A stretch of DNA of 64,000 nt from Acidobacteriota bacterium (GTDB taxonomy: Bacteria > Acidobacteriota > UBA6911 > RPQK01 > JAJDTT01). A model generated the notes under the pieces. It made no database searches, was not told the DNA's origin, and saw nothing but the letters and a program-made list of their open reading frames with translations. The stretch covers positions 2,368,001 through 2,432,000 of the forward strand of contig OZ253580.1 in the NCBI GenBank assembly GCA_965263035.1, written 5' to 3'. Shown here in pieces: positions 1 through 9,489 of this stretch; positions within the stretch are counted from its first letter, which is position 1; each line of letters begins with the position of its first letter. The position numbers and the translations under genes are program-made.

Positions 1-854
1 TAGCCGCCGGGCACGACCACGTGCCGGCCCGACGACCCCGCGGTGCAGACGTAGCGATTGTACCAGTCGTCGAAACTGTGTCCGAACTGGAAAGTCTGGG
101 TGGTGAGCTCCAGCTCGCGGCTCACCGGATCGAACCGGAAGTCGCGATCGTAGACGGAGATGGGCTCGGCCTCCGGCTGATCTCCCGGCCGGATGTAGCC
201 TCCGTCGCCGCCCGTGGAAGCGTAGATCTTGTGGTCCACACCCCAGATCAGGTTGTTCACCATCTGTTGCTCGTTGGTGACTCCGAACCCGGTGAAGACG
301 GTTTCCTGGACATCGGCCCTGCCGTCGCCGTCGGTGTCCTTCATGTAGTAGATGTGAGGGGGAGCCGAGACGTAGACCCCCTGCTTCCAGACGGCCACTC
401 CCGTGGGCCAGATCAGCCCCTCGGCAAAGACGTGGCTCACGTCGAAGCGGCCGTCTCCGTCCCGATCCTCCAACAACCGGACTCGTCCCCGGGGCCCCGC
501 GCCCTCTCCCGGCTGATAGGGGTAGTGCCTCAACTCGGCCACGTACATGCGCCCGCTCTCGTCGAACGCTGCGGCCACCGGTTCGTTCACCATGGGCTCG
601 TGGGCCACCAGTTCCAACCGGAAACCGTCCGCCGTCTCGAACGTCTTGAGGGCCTCGGCCGGCTCCGTGGGAGGAACCCTCTGCAGATACTCCTTGAGGG
701 CGGCCTCGTCCCGGGAGATGTCCACGATCCTCTTGTAATGCTCCTCGGGAGTCTCCACCGGTTCGGGACCGCAGGCAACCATCAGCGTCAGGCAGAGGAT
801 GGTTGGGACCCGACGGACGAGGGATTGGCTCTCTCTTCTCATGCGCGTCATCAT
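1..854 (-). CDS. PVC-type membrane-bound dehydrogenase-domain (heme-binding CxxCH family) lipoprotein, runs off the window's left edge
   Basis: Manual minus-strand translation (absent from the ORF track because it has no stop in the window): MMTRMRRES...LCLTLMVAC (lipobox), then FRLELVAHEPMV-EPVAAAFDESGRMYVAE, LLEDRDGDGRFD, KDTDGDGRAD, NNLIWGVDHKIY, QFGHSFDDWYNRY. Confidence 0.8.
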   Translation of the reverse strand, partial: MMTRMRRESQSLVRRVPTILCLTLMVACGPEPVETPEEHYKRIVDISRDEAALKEYLQRVPPTEPAEALKTFETADGFRLELVAHEPMVNEPVAAAFDESGRMYVAELRHYPYQPGEGAGPRGRVRLLEDRDGDGRFDVSHVFAEGLIWPTGVAVWKQGVYVSAPPHIYYMKDTDGDGRADVQETVFTGFGVTNEQQMVNNLIWGVDHKIYASTGGDGGYIRPGDQPEAEPISVYDRDFRFDPVSRELELTTQTFQFGHSFDDWYNRYVCTAGSSGRHVVVPGG

Positions 855-926
855 CCTTGAATGGGGTCCGAATTGAAAGCCTCGAGTCGCGGCCCGGGAA
901 GGTCCGCGACCGTTCGTCCGGCCGGG

Positions 927-1970
927 CTACCCATGACCGGTCACAGCGCTGGCGACTCTCCAGACCCCGTTCCTGTCGCAGGCAGCGTAGTAGATCCGGT
1001 AACGGTTCCCGTCGATCCGGATCAGGGACATGTCCTCGGCATGGACCGCATCCAGTCCGGGACCACCATAGCCGGCCCCCTCGACGATGCACGTCCGCCG
1101 CTCCCAGAGGAGGCCGTCCCGGGAGGTGGCGGTGTAGATCCGCGACCGGTAACCGGCCATGTCGGCAGCAATGGACGCAGCGGCGAAGTCCTGGCTTCGG
1201 CCACTCTCCACGGCATTGATTTCCTGGCTCGGATGACGCGGCACGGCGGCCCCGGGCGGGAGATCCTGCCACGCCGAGAAGACCATGACCCAATCCTCCC
1301 CGGCCCGCTCCGGCGGGATCACGTCAGCAGCCGTGATCCCGATCTCGTCCGTCTCCCCGCGCAGGTCCCGCAACCGAACTCCGGACTCCCACTCGAAGTC
1401 GAGGCCTTCGGAAGACGCGGCGCTCACCACGTCGTGGGACAGCCGCTCGCTGCGGCCGGGGCCCCCGGGGCCGTACTCGGACGCGCAGCAGTAGAGCCGG
1501 GCCCCACCCTCGGGAAGAGGCACGCAACGGGGTGAGCCGACGCCTCCTTCGGACCGGAGCCGGACCCCTTCGTACGTCCACTCCAGCAGGTCCCGGGAGA
1601 CGGCGCTGCAGATCACCGTCGGTTCCTGGGCAGGACCCCTCGCTTCGAAGTACATCCGCCAACAGCCGTCGCCGCACCGGGTCACGGAAGGAGCCAGCAC
1701 CCGCAATGACATGTGCGAAATATCAGGCCGGGGAGCCACTCGAATTCCCGGTTCGGGACAAAACCGAAGGCCGTCCGCAGAGACGGCGCTGAGGATGTAG
1801 CCCTGGCACTCCGGGAAGGGTTTCGCCGGCCCCACGGCCGTGTAGAAGAGACGGAAACCGCCGGCAGGAATGGCGACGACGCCGGGAGCCTGCACTTTGG
1901 ATGCGTCCAAGTCCCGAGCCCCCTCCACCCGGGGCCCCGGTTCTATCTGCCATGGATCCAGGATGCTCAT
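927..1970 (-). CDS. Five-bladed beta-propeller glycoside-hydrolase-like (GH32/43/130-like) protein
   Basis: Repeated blade motifs: FRLFYT..SAVSADGLRF, WRMYFE..SAVSRDLLEW, ATSRDGLLWE, YRIYYAA; RBS AGGAGGTG upstream. Confidence 0.65.
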   Translation of the reverse strand: MSILDPWQIEPGPRVEGARDLDASKVQAPGVVAIPAGGFRLFYTAVGPAKPFPECQGYILSAVSADGLRFCPEPGIRVAPRPDISHMSLRVLAPSVTRCGDGCWRMYFEARGPAQEPTVICSAVSRDLLEWTYEGVRLRSEGGVGSPRCVPLPEGGARLYCCASEYGPGGPGRSERLSHDVVSAASSEGLDFEWESGVRLRDLRGETDEIGITAADVIPPERAGEDWVMVFSAWQDLPPGAAVPRHPSQEINAVESGRSQDFAAASIAADMAGYRSRIYTATSRDGLLWERRTCIVEGAGYGGPGLDAVHAEDMSLIRIDGNRYRIYYAACDRNGVWRVASAVTGHG

Positions 1971-1980
1971 ATCTCACCTC

Positions 1981-2147
1981 CTAGGAGTCTGCGCGGTAGA
2001 AATGATCGTAGCGAGAAAGTGGGGAATCGAGGCCGGATTTTCTCGATTTTGAGATGCATAGTTGTTCTATTCGCCGAGAAATCGGGGAAATATGGACCGA
2101 TTCTACCGCTTTCGGAGTAGATCAATTTCTGCGGCGCAGGCTCCCAG
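1981..2147 (+). mobile_element. MITE family A, copy 1 (~165 bp)
   Basis: Imperfect terminal inverted repeats ctagGAGTCTGCGCGGTAGAAATGATC / GATCAATTTCTGCGGCGCAGGCTCccag; near-identical copies at 31822-31988 and 50632-50796. Confidence 0.85.
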
Positions 2148-2263
2148 TCGGAGAGTAAAGAGAAAAGAGGTGGTTTCGTTGCGACGATGGTGATGGGCTG
2201 TGCTCGCCGTGTTTGGAATCCGGGAGTTGTGAATTCTCAGATGCGGAGAAGTAGAATCCGGGA

Positions 2264-4138
2264 ATGAATCGACGTGAATTCGTGACATCAAGTGTCGTGG
2301 CCGCGGGAGGCTTGGCGACGCCGTCTTCCTGCGGCGGAGAGGAGAGGATGACAAGCCAACCCGAAGCATCGGAGATCATGGGGCCCGCGCGCCGGAACCT
2401 CCCTCTATACCTGGCCGATCTGAATCGCTGTCTCCCTTCCTCGGCACTGAGCCGCGAAGGCCGGCTCTTCGGCTGGCGCATGATCGACTACGAGACGGAG
2501 CACTTCGAGGGGGTCATGCTCCGGGCCGGACCCGAGACGGCGGCGGCCGCGGTCGAATACCCTCTGGAGCTGCGGGGTTGGCACGACGTCTATCTGGGAC
2601 TCTTCAATACCGCCTGGAGGCCCTACTTGGATCAGCGCCTCTGGGTGAAATTGGCGGAGGATCCGGCCTTCAGCTGTCTCTTCCTGCAGGCTCCCAGCGT
2701 CGACAAGGGTCAGGTGGTCCAGGACCTGTTCTGGAGGACCGCGGACCTGACGGGACAGAATCTGAGCTTCAAACAGGTCGCCACCGAGTTGATTCCCGCC
2801 GGGCACCCGTGCCGCAGCACCTGCGACACGGTCTGGGTCGCCTACATCAAATTGGTCCCCCTTGATGCCGACGAGGTCGAGGCACTTCAATCGGACCGGG
2901 AACAGACCGGGACCCGGCGTCTCTTTGCGACTCAGGACTGGGGTTCGGGATTCGCTTGGGATGCCGGGGAGGGGGCCATCCGCGACATGTTGGAGGCCTA
3001 CAGGCACACCGATTTCAGCCGGATCTACTGGGAGGGGGCCGCCGGCGACCTCTGCTCCTACTTCAGCCGTGTAGCGAGGACCTGGACTCCCGGGTTCGCC
3101 CAAATGGAAGACTATCCGGTTCCCGCCTACCGCCGGATCGTGGAGAACTTCACCGAGTACGAGCAGCGGGGGATCGATCCGTTCCGCGTCGCCATCGACT
3201 ATAGCCACGAACTGGGGCTCGAGTTCCACGCCAGCTACCGGTTCTGCGAGGGCATGGGACCGTTCCATTTCTCCCCGCCCTTCGACCCGATCAATCGGGG
3301 AGGATTCTACGACCGGCATCCCGAGCTCAGGGCGGTGCGCCGGGATGGGAGCCGGGCTCCCAGGATCTCGTTGAGCTATCCGGAAACCCGGGAGTTTCTG
3401 ATCTCTCTCTTTTTGGAGATGGCCGAGTATCCCGTCGACGGGATCTCCATCCTCTTCAATCGGCGGCCTCCCTACGTCGAATATGAACCGCCGCTGGTGG
3501 AAGGATTTCGGGAAGAGTACGGCCAGGATCCCCGGAAGATCGACGAGAAGGATCCCCGTTGGCTCCGCTACCGGGCGAGCGTCCTCACCGATTTCATGCG
3601 GGAGCTCCGGGAGAGACTGCAGCGGCAGGCCCGCAGCCAGGGACGCTCCCGGCCGGCGGCCCTGTCGGCCTGGGTCTTCGGCAGTGAAGAGGAAAATCTC
3701 TTCTATGCCATGGACGTGCCGGGATGGATCCGGGAGGGCCTCATCGACGGCATCGTCCCCTACACCTCGGCCCCAGGGCTCTACAGTTGGGAGTTGGCCT
3801 GGGAGAAGGCCGAGGACATCGAGTACTGGCTGTCACTGACACGCGGGACGGAATGCGAGCTGGCCCTCAACATCATGCCCAGGGCCTTGTCACCCGAGCA
3901 GTACCGGAGAAAATCCCACCAGTTGCTGAGGGCCGGAGTGCCCTATCTGGCCTTCTGGGACAGCTCCAAGACCTGGGCCGTCGACAAGATCGGTGAGGGT
4001 TCGTTTCAGCACCTGCGCCGGCTCGGCCACACCGAGGAGCTGGCCGCCTGGATCCGGGCCGGCGAGCCGAACCTGGTCCTCGCCTCGACGCCTCTGACCA
4101 AGGTGGGGGAGTGGGAGATGACCTTCATCGCGGAGTAG
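2264..4138 (+). CDS. Tat-exported glycosyl-hydrolase-like 10 (TIM-barrel) family protein
   Basis: MNRREFV twin-arginine signal; DPFRVAIDYSHELGLEFHASYR, HPELR, LSYPETRE, YPVDGISILF motifs typical of GHL10-type proteins. Confidence 0.6.
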   Translation: MNRREFVTSSVVAAGGLATPSSCGGEERMTSQPEASEIMGPARRNLPLYLADLNRCLPSSALSREGRLFGWRMIDYETEHFEGVMLRAGPETAAAAVEYPLELRGWHDVYLGLFNTAWRPYLDQRLWVKLAEDPAFSCLFLQAPSVDKGQVVQDLFWRTADLTGQNLSFKQVATELIPAGHPCRSTCDTVWVAYIKLVPLDADEVEALQSDREQTGTRRLFATQDWGSGFAWDAGEGAIRDMLEAYRHTDFSRIYWEGAAGDLCSYFSRVARTWTPGFAQMEDYPVPAYRRIVENFTEYEQRGIDPFRVAIDYSHELGLEFHASYRFCEGMGPFHFSPPFDPINRGGFYDRHPELRAVRRDGSRAPRISLSYPETREFLISLFLEMAEYPVDGISILFNRRPPYVEYEPPLVEGFREEYGQDPRKIDEKDPRWLRYRASVLTDFMRELRERLQRQARSQGRSRPAALSAWVFGSEEENLFYAMDVPGWIREGLIDGIVPYTSAPGLYSWELAWEKAEDIEYWLSLTRGTECELALNIMPRALSPEQYRRKSHQLLRAGVPYLAFWDSSKTWAVDKIGEGSFQHLRRLGHTEELAAWIRAGEPNLVLASTPLTKVGEWEMTFIAE

Positions 4139-4208
4139 GAGGGGCGATTTCCAATCGCCCACTCCTCGATGTCTCGATGGAATTCCGGCGGTTGGAAACC
4201 GCCACTCC
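4138..4208. repeat. REP-like palindrome doublet
   Basis: GGAGGGGCGATTTCCAATCGCCC ... GGCGGTTGGAAACCGCCACTCC, inverted pair between convergent genes. Confidence 0.75.
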
Positions 4209-4210
4209 TT

Positions 4211-5401
4211 TCACTGCGGCCGGATCAAGCCTTGTTCTTCCCAGGAAGTCAGCCTCTGCTGGAGTTCCTGGGAGGTCTTTTCGCCCGATTTGAGGGCGAT
4301 GAAGCTCCGGAACTCTCGCGCCGCGCCGGCGAAATCCTTTTTCTGGGCCAGAATGGCTCCATGGACGTAATGGCTACCCGCGAGGTACCTCTTGGAGCCG
4401 CTCTCGAGGACCACGGTGACTGACTTCAGGGCCCGGTCCAGGCGGCCCAGTTGCAGATTGGCGACGGCACCGAAGTAATGGGCCCGCGTGATGTGGGAAT
4501 TCAGACCGATGACGTGCTCGCAATAGCGCGCCACTTCCTCCCAGGATTCGTCCCGCACCGCCATCATGGCCAAATACATGTAGGGCCGCAGGTACTTGGG
4601 ATCGGCGGCGGCCGCCTTTTGGAAATGCTCCCGGGCCAGCTCGCGGTCCCGGAGAGCATGGTGGCAGCGGCCCAGGAGATACCAGGCGGCAGCAAACTTG
4701 GGGTAGAGTTCGATCGCCGTTTCCAGGTTCCGGATGGCCTTCTGAACGTCCCCCTGCTGCTTCTTCAGCTCCAGGTCGGCCTCCCGGTAATGCTTCTGCG
4801 CCTTCTTGGGGGCGGCCAAGGTGTTGAAGCTGACCGTCGATCCGCCGACCTGCTCCAGACGCCTCAGAAGGATCACTCCCACATCGGAGTCGTCCATGTA
4901 ACCGAGGACTCCCAGGGGGATCGAGTTGGCCTGAAAACCGTCCAGAGCCGTCCGGATCACGCAACCGCTGAGATCGAACCTCTGCCCCCCCCGCCGTTCC
5001 GTGGGAACCCGGGAAAAGGGGTCCCAGTTGCTGGAGCCGCTTCCGGAAACATTCGCGGCCTGTTGGCTACCCCCCAATTCGAAGCTGAAATGACCTTTCT
5101 CTCCGTAGGTGTAAGTCTGCTGCTGGACCGAGCCGCCGCAGGCCAGCTCGACGCTGAGGGACTCGGGGAGGGGATTCCCGTCCTCCAGGATCACCCGTCC
5201 CGCCAGCAGCAGCCGCTTCGGTACCTCGATGCGGTTATCTTCGAAGTGTCTACCGGTTAGTTCGACGTCCTGCGGCCGGTCGTCACTCCGACCCCCGAGA
5301 GGTCCCGGGCGGACGTTCTGGGCCCGAGAAACCTGGACCGAAAGCAGGAGCCCAGCCAGACTCGCCGCCAAACAGATTTGCGTTATCCGCTTCCCAAACA
5401 T
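4211..5401 (-). CDS. Secreted tetratricopeptide-repeat protein
   Basis: Signal peptide; TPR motifs (AIELYPKFAAAWYLLG, ADPKYLRPY); tandem paralog of the upstream gene. Confidence 0.8.
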   Translation of the reverse strand: MFGKRITQICLAASLAGLLLSVQVSRAQNVRPGPLGGRSDDRPQDVELTGRHFEDNRIEVPKRLLLAGRVILEDGNPLPESLSVELACGGSVQQQTYTYGEKGHFSFELGGSQQAANVSGSGSSNWDPFSRVPTERRGGQRFDLSGCVIRTALDGFQANSIPLGVLGYMDDSDVGVILLRRLEQVGGSTVSFNTLAAPKKAQKHYREADLELKKQQGDVQKAIRNLETAIELYPKFAAAWYLLGRCHHALRDRELAREHFQKAAAADPKYLRPYMYLAMMAVRDESWEEVARYCEHVIGLNSHITRAHYFGAVANLQLGRLDRALKSVTVVLESGSKRYLAGSHYVHGAILAQKKDFAGAAREFRSFIALKSGEKTSQELQQRLTSWEEQGLIRPQ

Positions 5402-5420
5402 GACGAAATGCCCCCGGCGC

Positions 5421-6680
5421 CTATTGGTCCTCTTGCTGGGACGGGGCCGGAGCGGGGTCGTGGGCCCGGATCAGACCCTGTTGCTCCCAGGCCACCAGAT
5501 TCTGCTTGATCGAAACGGCACCCTTACCTTCCGGGACAATCTTCAGATAGCTCCGGTATTGTTCGGCTGCCGACTCGAAGTCACCCTTTTGGGCCAGGAT
5601 GCTGCCCCGGATGAAGTGGCTTCCGGACAAGTACCTGGAATCCCGACTCTCCTGCACCTTGATGGCAGACGCTTCCGCCGCCTCCACCTGGCCCAACTGC
5701 AGACTGGCCACCGCGTGGTAGTACCGGCAACCCACCATGAACGGGTTCAGTTCCACCACCTTGCCGCACAGTTCGGCAACCCGCGGCCACGCGCCTGCCT
5801 GGACTTCCATATCCACCAGCGACAGATAGGGACGAATGTAGTTCTCCTCCGACTCAATGGAGGCTTCGAAAGCCTGACGCGCGCCCTGCACATCCTGGAG
5901 AGACATCCGGGTCATACCCAAGAGGTGCCAGGCGGCAGCGTACTTGGGATAGGCCTGGACCGCCTTCTCCAGCTCTTTCCGAACCTTCTCCATATTTTTC
6001 TTCTCTTTCCTCAACTCCTTTTCGGCCTTGGCATATGCCTTCTTGGCCTTCCTGGGCGCAGCCAGAGCGGTAAAGCTCACCGTGGACCCGCTGACCCCCT
6101 GCCGACGCTTGAGCACGATGGTGCCGATATCGGGACGGTCCAGCGCTCTCCGAAGTCCCAAATTGATCCGGTCCGAAACGAAGCCGGGTAGATTGGCCCT
6201 CACCTCGCACCCGGTCAGGTCCACCTGTTCTCCGCCGGCGGTATACTCGCCTCCCGGCACCCGGGCAAAGGGGTTCACGTTGTTGGTGTCGTTACGTGCG
6301 ACACTGGCATCCAGGAACGCGGCGGTCGGCCGCGGACTCAAGTCGAAGCTGAACTGGCCCCCCTGGAAGGTATGGACCTGCCGCCGCACCGACCCATGGC
6401 AGACCAATTCCACGAGAATTGACTCGGGGATGAGGCTCCCGTCCTCGGTCACCACCTTGCCGGCGAAGTACATCGGCCGGGCCATCCTCCGGTCTCGCAT
6501 GTCCCCGGCCCGCTCCCTCCAGACCTGCTCGGCCGGTCCGTCGGCGCCTCTGTCGCCGGGTTGCCGGCGGGGCCCTTCACGGTCCCCCCGGCCCACCGAA
6601 TCCTGTTGTCCGGCAAGATCCGACGCCGCCAGAGCGACAGCCAGTACAATGAAACTTGCAAGGAAAGATTTTCGACCCAT
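5421..6680 (-). CDS. Secreted tetratricopeptide-repeat protein (paralog of 4211-5401)
   Basis: Start chosen at MGRKSF, followed by a hydrophobic signal peptide; shares VELxCxGSV, DLxGC, GSTVSF..LAAPxKAxK and TPRs with its neighbour. Confidence 0.8.
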   Translation of the reverse strand: MGRKSFLASFIVLAVALAASDLAGQQDSVGRGDREGPRRQPGDRGADGPAEQVWRERAGDMRDRRMARPMYFAGKVVTEDGSLIPESILVELVCHGSVRRQVHTFQGGQFSFDLSPRPTAAFLDASVARNDTNNVNPFARVPGGEYTAGGEQVDLTGCEVRANLPGFVSDRINLGLRRALDRPDIGTIVLKRRQGVSGSTVSFTALAAPRKAKKAYAKAEKELRKEKKNMEKVRKELEKAVQAYPKYAAAWHLLGMTRMSLQDVQGARQAFEASIESEENYIRPYLSLVDMEVQAGAWPRVAELCGKVVELNPFMVGCRYYHAVASLQLGQVEAAEASAIKVQESRDSRYLSGSHFIRGSILAQKGDFESAAEQYRSYLKIVPEGKGAVSIKQNLVAWEQQGLIRAHDPAPAPSQQEDQ

Positions 6681-6853
6681 GAGGCCTCCTGGCACGGGTG
6701 ATTGCCCGGTTTTGTGTTCGGCCTTTTCGAAAGTTATACCACTTGGTCGAAAACCGGTCCATGCTGTCGAGCGCAGACACAAGGGGTGAGGGGACGCCGC
6801 AAATTTGCTAAGGTGACGCCTTTGGGAGATGGTTTCTCGACGAGTTCCGTGAC

Positions 6854-7420
6854 ATGACAAGGATTGATCTGGAGAGTGGGGAAATCCAATCGGCGGCGGG
6901 AATCGGACGGGTAGTGGACTCGATGCTGAAGGAGACGGAGGCCACTCCCGTCGTGATTGTTCCGGCCATGGGGACGACTCGGAAGCAGCTGCTGGAAGCC
7001 GGGCGGAAATCGGCGGCTCAGGACATGATCGTGGCGACGACGCTGGCCGAAGGACTTCGGACCTACCACATGCAGGTGGCCCGCCAATTGACGTCCGGGG
7101 AGAACTGGAACGAGACGCGTCGACGTCTGGGACTCCTATTCCAAGACGTGGCCGACTTGCTCAAAGGACTCCACCTGTTGGGAGAGATCAGCGCCAGGGC
7201 GGAATTGATTGCGTCCTTCTATGGCCAGGCCCTGGCGGCGACGATCCTGGCCCAGAGCTTGAAGGAGCGGAACCGGGAGGCGCGGGCGCTGGTGGAGAGA
7301 AGCCTGGTGATCGACCCGGACGAGTCGTCCCTGATGGAAGAGGTCGGCCTCTTGCTGGCGCAAGAGACGGTTCCGGTGTTGCCCCGAAGATTGGCCGGCA
7401 GATATTCCGGAGGTCCGTAG
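6854..7420 (+). CDS. Stand-alone, degenerate aspartokinase N-terminal-like protein
   Basis: SAAGIGRV, PVVIVPAMG, LFQDVADLLKGLHLLGEIS and VPVL match the N-half of LysC/ThrA by eye; KFGG motif and ACT domains absent. Confidence 0.6.
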   Translation: MTRIDLESGEIQSAAGIGRVVDSMLKETEATPVVIVPAMGTTRKQLLEAGRKSAAQDMIVATTLAEGLRTYHMQVARQLTSGENWNETRRRLGLLFQDVADLLKGLHLLGEISARAELIASFYGQALAATILAQSLKERNREARALVERSLVIDPDESSLMEEVGLLLAQETVPVLPRRLAGRYSGGP

Positions 7421-7507
7421 TGAACGTGCCGCGTCGCCCCTGAACGATCAGGAACGGGCGGCCAGGCAACCGGTGAAGGGCGAGGGTTAACGGAAGAAAG
7501 GTGGGAT

Positions 7508-8407
7508 ATGGGTCGCTTCCATGTCCGCTGGAGAGAACACATCGGAACGGCCGGGGCGATGCTCCTGGGAGTGTATTTCCTGGTCGCCGCCGTCTCCAAG
7601 GCGTGGAATCCCGACGACTTTGGCGCCTTGATCGACCAGGTCCGGCTCGAGGAGCTGGATTTCCTGTTCACGGCCACTCAGGTGGCGCTGATCGCATTGG
7701 CTCTGGAGGTTGGGTTGGGCACCGCGTTGCTCCTGGGAGTCCGGCATCTCGGTATCCTGCTGCCCACTACGGCCCTGGTCGTCTTCTTTCTCTTCCTCAA
7801 CGGACGCAACTACTGGCTCGTCTCCCAGGGACTGCGGGAACCGGGGAGCTGCGGTTGCTTCGGGTCCCTGATCGAGCGCACTGCCGCCGAGGCGTTCTGG
7901 CAGGATTTGCTGCTGATGGTTCCCCTGACCCTCCTTTGTTTCTGGAGGAGGCGCAAATCGGAAGGCATCCCCAAGAAGCGACTCGTCCTGGCGATGCTGG
8001 CGGCCCTGGCAGTCTCCCTCTGGGCCTACCGGAGCCCGGACATCGAATACATCGAGGCGGCCCACCGGCTCGGTTCACTGGCGGAGACCTCCCGGTTCGT
8101 GCCCAGTTCGAGCTACTCCCTCACCATCGACGGCCAACTCGAAGAACAGGCCCGGATCTACGAATCGGAGGGGGCCAGCGCCTTCCTCATTCAGGTCCCC
8201 CGCTTGGAGGCACCGCTCCTCATGGACCTTCGCAGCAGTACGGTTCGCAGAGTCGAGCCTGAGACGGTCCGGACCGTCTCGGGAAATGCCTTGGAACTGC
8301 TGGATTCTCCGCAGAAAAAGGAGGAGACGCCGTTCACCCCCGGCGGCGGCGGTGTCCGTTTCGAACTGGGGGGACAGACGTTCACACTGGGACCACCTGC
8401 CCGGTAG
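7508..8407 (+). CDS. MauE/DoxX family redox-associated membrane protein
   Basis: N-terminal TM helices, FLVAAVSKA, LEVGLG, conserved CGCFG motif. Confidence 0.8.
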   Translation: MGRFHVRWREHIGTAGAMLLGVYFLVAAVSKAWNPDDFGALIDQVRLEELDFLFTATQVALIALALEVGLGTALLLGVRHLGILLPTTALVVFFLFLNGRNYWLVSQGLREPGSCGCFGSLIERTAAEAFWQDLLLMVPLTLLCFWRRRKSEGIPKKRLVLAMLAALAVSLWAYRSPDIEYIEAAHRLGSLAETSRFVPSSSYSLTIDGQLEEQARIYESEGASAFLIQVPRLEAPLLMDLRSSTVRRVEPETVRTVSGNALELLDSPQKKEETPFTPGGGGVRFELGGQTFTLGPPAR

Positions 8408-8422
8408 AACCGCCGTTACGAT

Positions 8423-9151
8423 TCAGGACGAGGGCATGCGCCTGAGGGGCGGCCGGGCTTTGGCCAGCTTCAGCCACTCGAGCACGCGGATGACGGGCCA
8501 AGCGGGGTCGATCTCGCTCAGACGAAGGCTCAGCTTGGGTGACGAGGGAGCATGGTGATGGTTGTTGTGCAGCCCCTCACCTGCGGTGATCCAGGCCACC
8601 CAACGGATGTTGGTGGCGGTGTTGTGGAAGTTCTTGTAGCCCAGGACGTGGCAGGCGCCGTTGACCATGCCGTTGAGGAAGATGTAGACCACCGCCTGCA
8701 GCAGAAACGCCACGAACCCGGCCAGCGGACCCAATAGGACGCCCGCCGCCAGAACGCCCACGAACAGTCCCAGGTACCCGTGCCCGTGCAGGAAATCCTC
8801 GAACCGGTTGGTGCGGATGTCCCGGGTGTACCGGGTCACGGTCTCCCGGTTGGCCGCTTCCTTCTGGTAGAGGTAGGCGTTGGTCAGCAGGACCTTCCAG
8901 AGACCTTCCAACTGGGGACTATGGGGATCCCCGTGCTCGTCGGGAAACTGATGGTGTTTGCGGTGCACGGCGACCCACTCCCGCGGGGCGATGGCGGTGT
9001 GCAACCAGAGCCAGAACTGCATGGCCATGGCCACTACGGGATGCAGTTTGAGGGAATGGTGAGACATGTGCCGATGGAGGTAGATGGTGGTGCACAGATT
9101 TGAAATCTGGACTACGACGGCCACGTAAATGGCCCCATAGAGGAATATCAT
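8423..9151 (-). CDS. Fatty acid (acyl-CoA Delta9-type) desaturase
   Basis: His boxes HRHMSH, HRKHH, GDPHSP, GEGLHNNHH. Confidence 0.9.
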   Translation of the reverse strand: MIFLYGAIYVAVVVQISNLCTTIYLHRHMSHHSLKLHPVVAMAMQFWLWLHTAIAPREWVAVHRKHHQFPDEHGDPHSPQLEGLWKVLLTNAYLYQKEAANRETVTRYTRDIRTNRFEDFLHGHGYLGLFVGVLAAGVLLGPLAGFVAFLLQAVVYIFLNGMVNGACHVLGYKNFHNTATNIRWVAWITAGEGLHNNHHHAPSSPKLSLRLSEIDPAWPVIRVLEWLKLAKARPPLRRMPSS

Positions 9152-9489
9152 TCTCAGGTCCTTTCTTCGACCACGGAACTCAGGCGGCGCCTAGTGACGG
9201 GACGGGGAGACTCGAAACCGGAGGAACGGGTCTCCCAAGCAGAGGATATCGCTGACCGCCGAAGACTCATTTCCTGGAACTTCTCGCCGCTATTCAACCA
9301 GCCTTCAGCGACTCACTCCAACCGACTCGGAACAAGAAGATGCGGTGGAGAGTATATCACCTGGGACGATCAGTGAAAAACGAGCCTTAAGGGCTCTCCC
9401 GCCTCTCTATTCTCTTGGCTCTATTCTCTTGGCTCACCGGCGGTGAAACCCCCGTTCTCATATGCTATTCTCGCGCTTCGGGAGGATCT

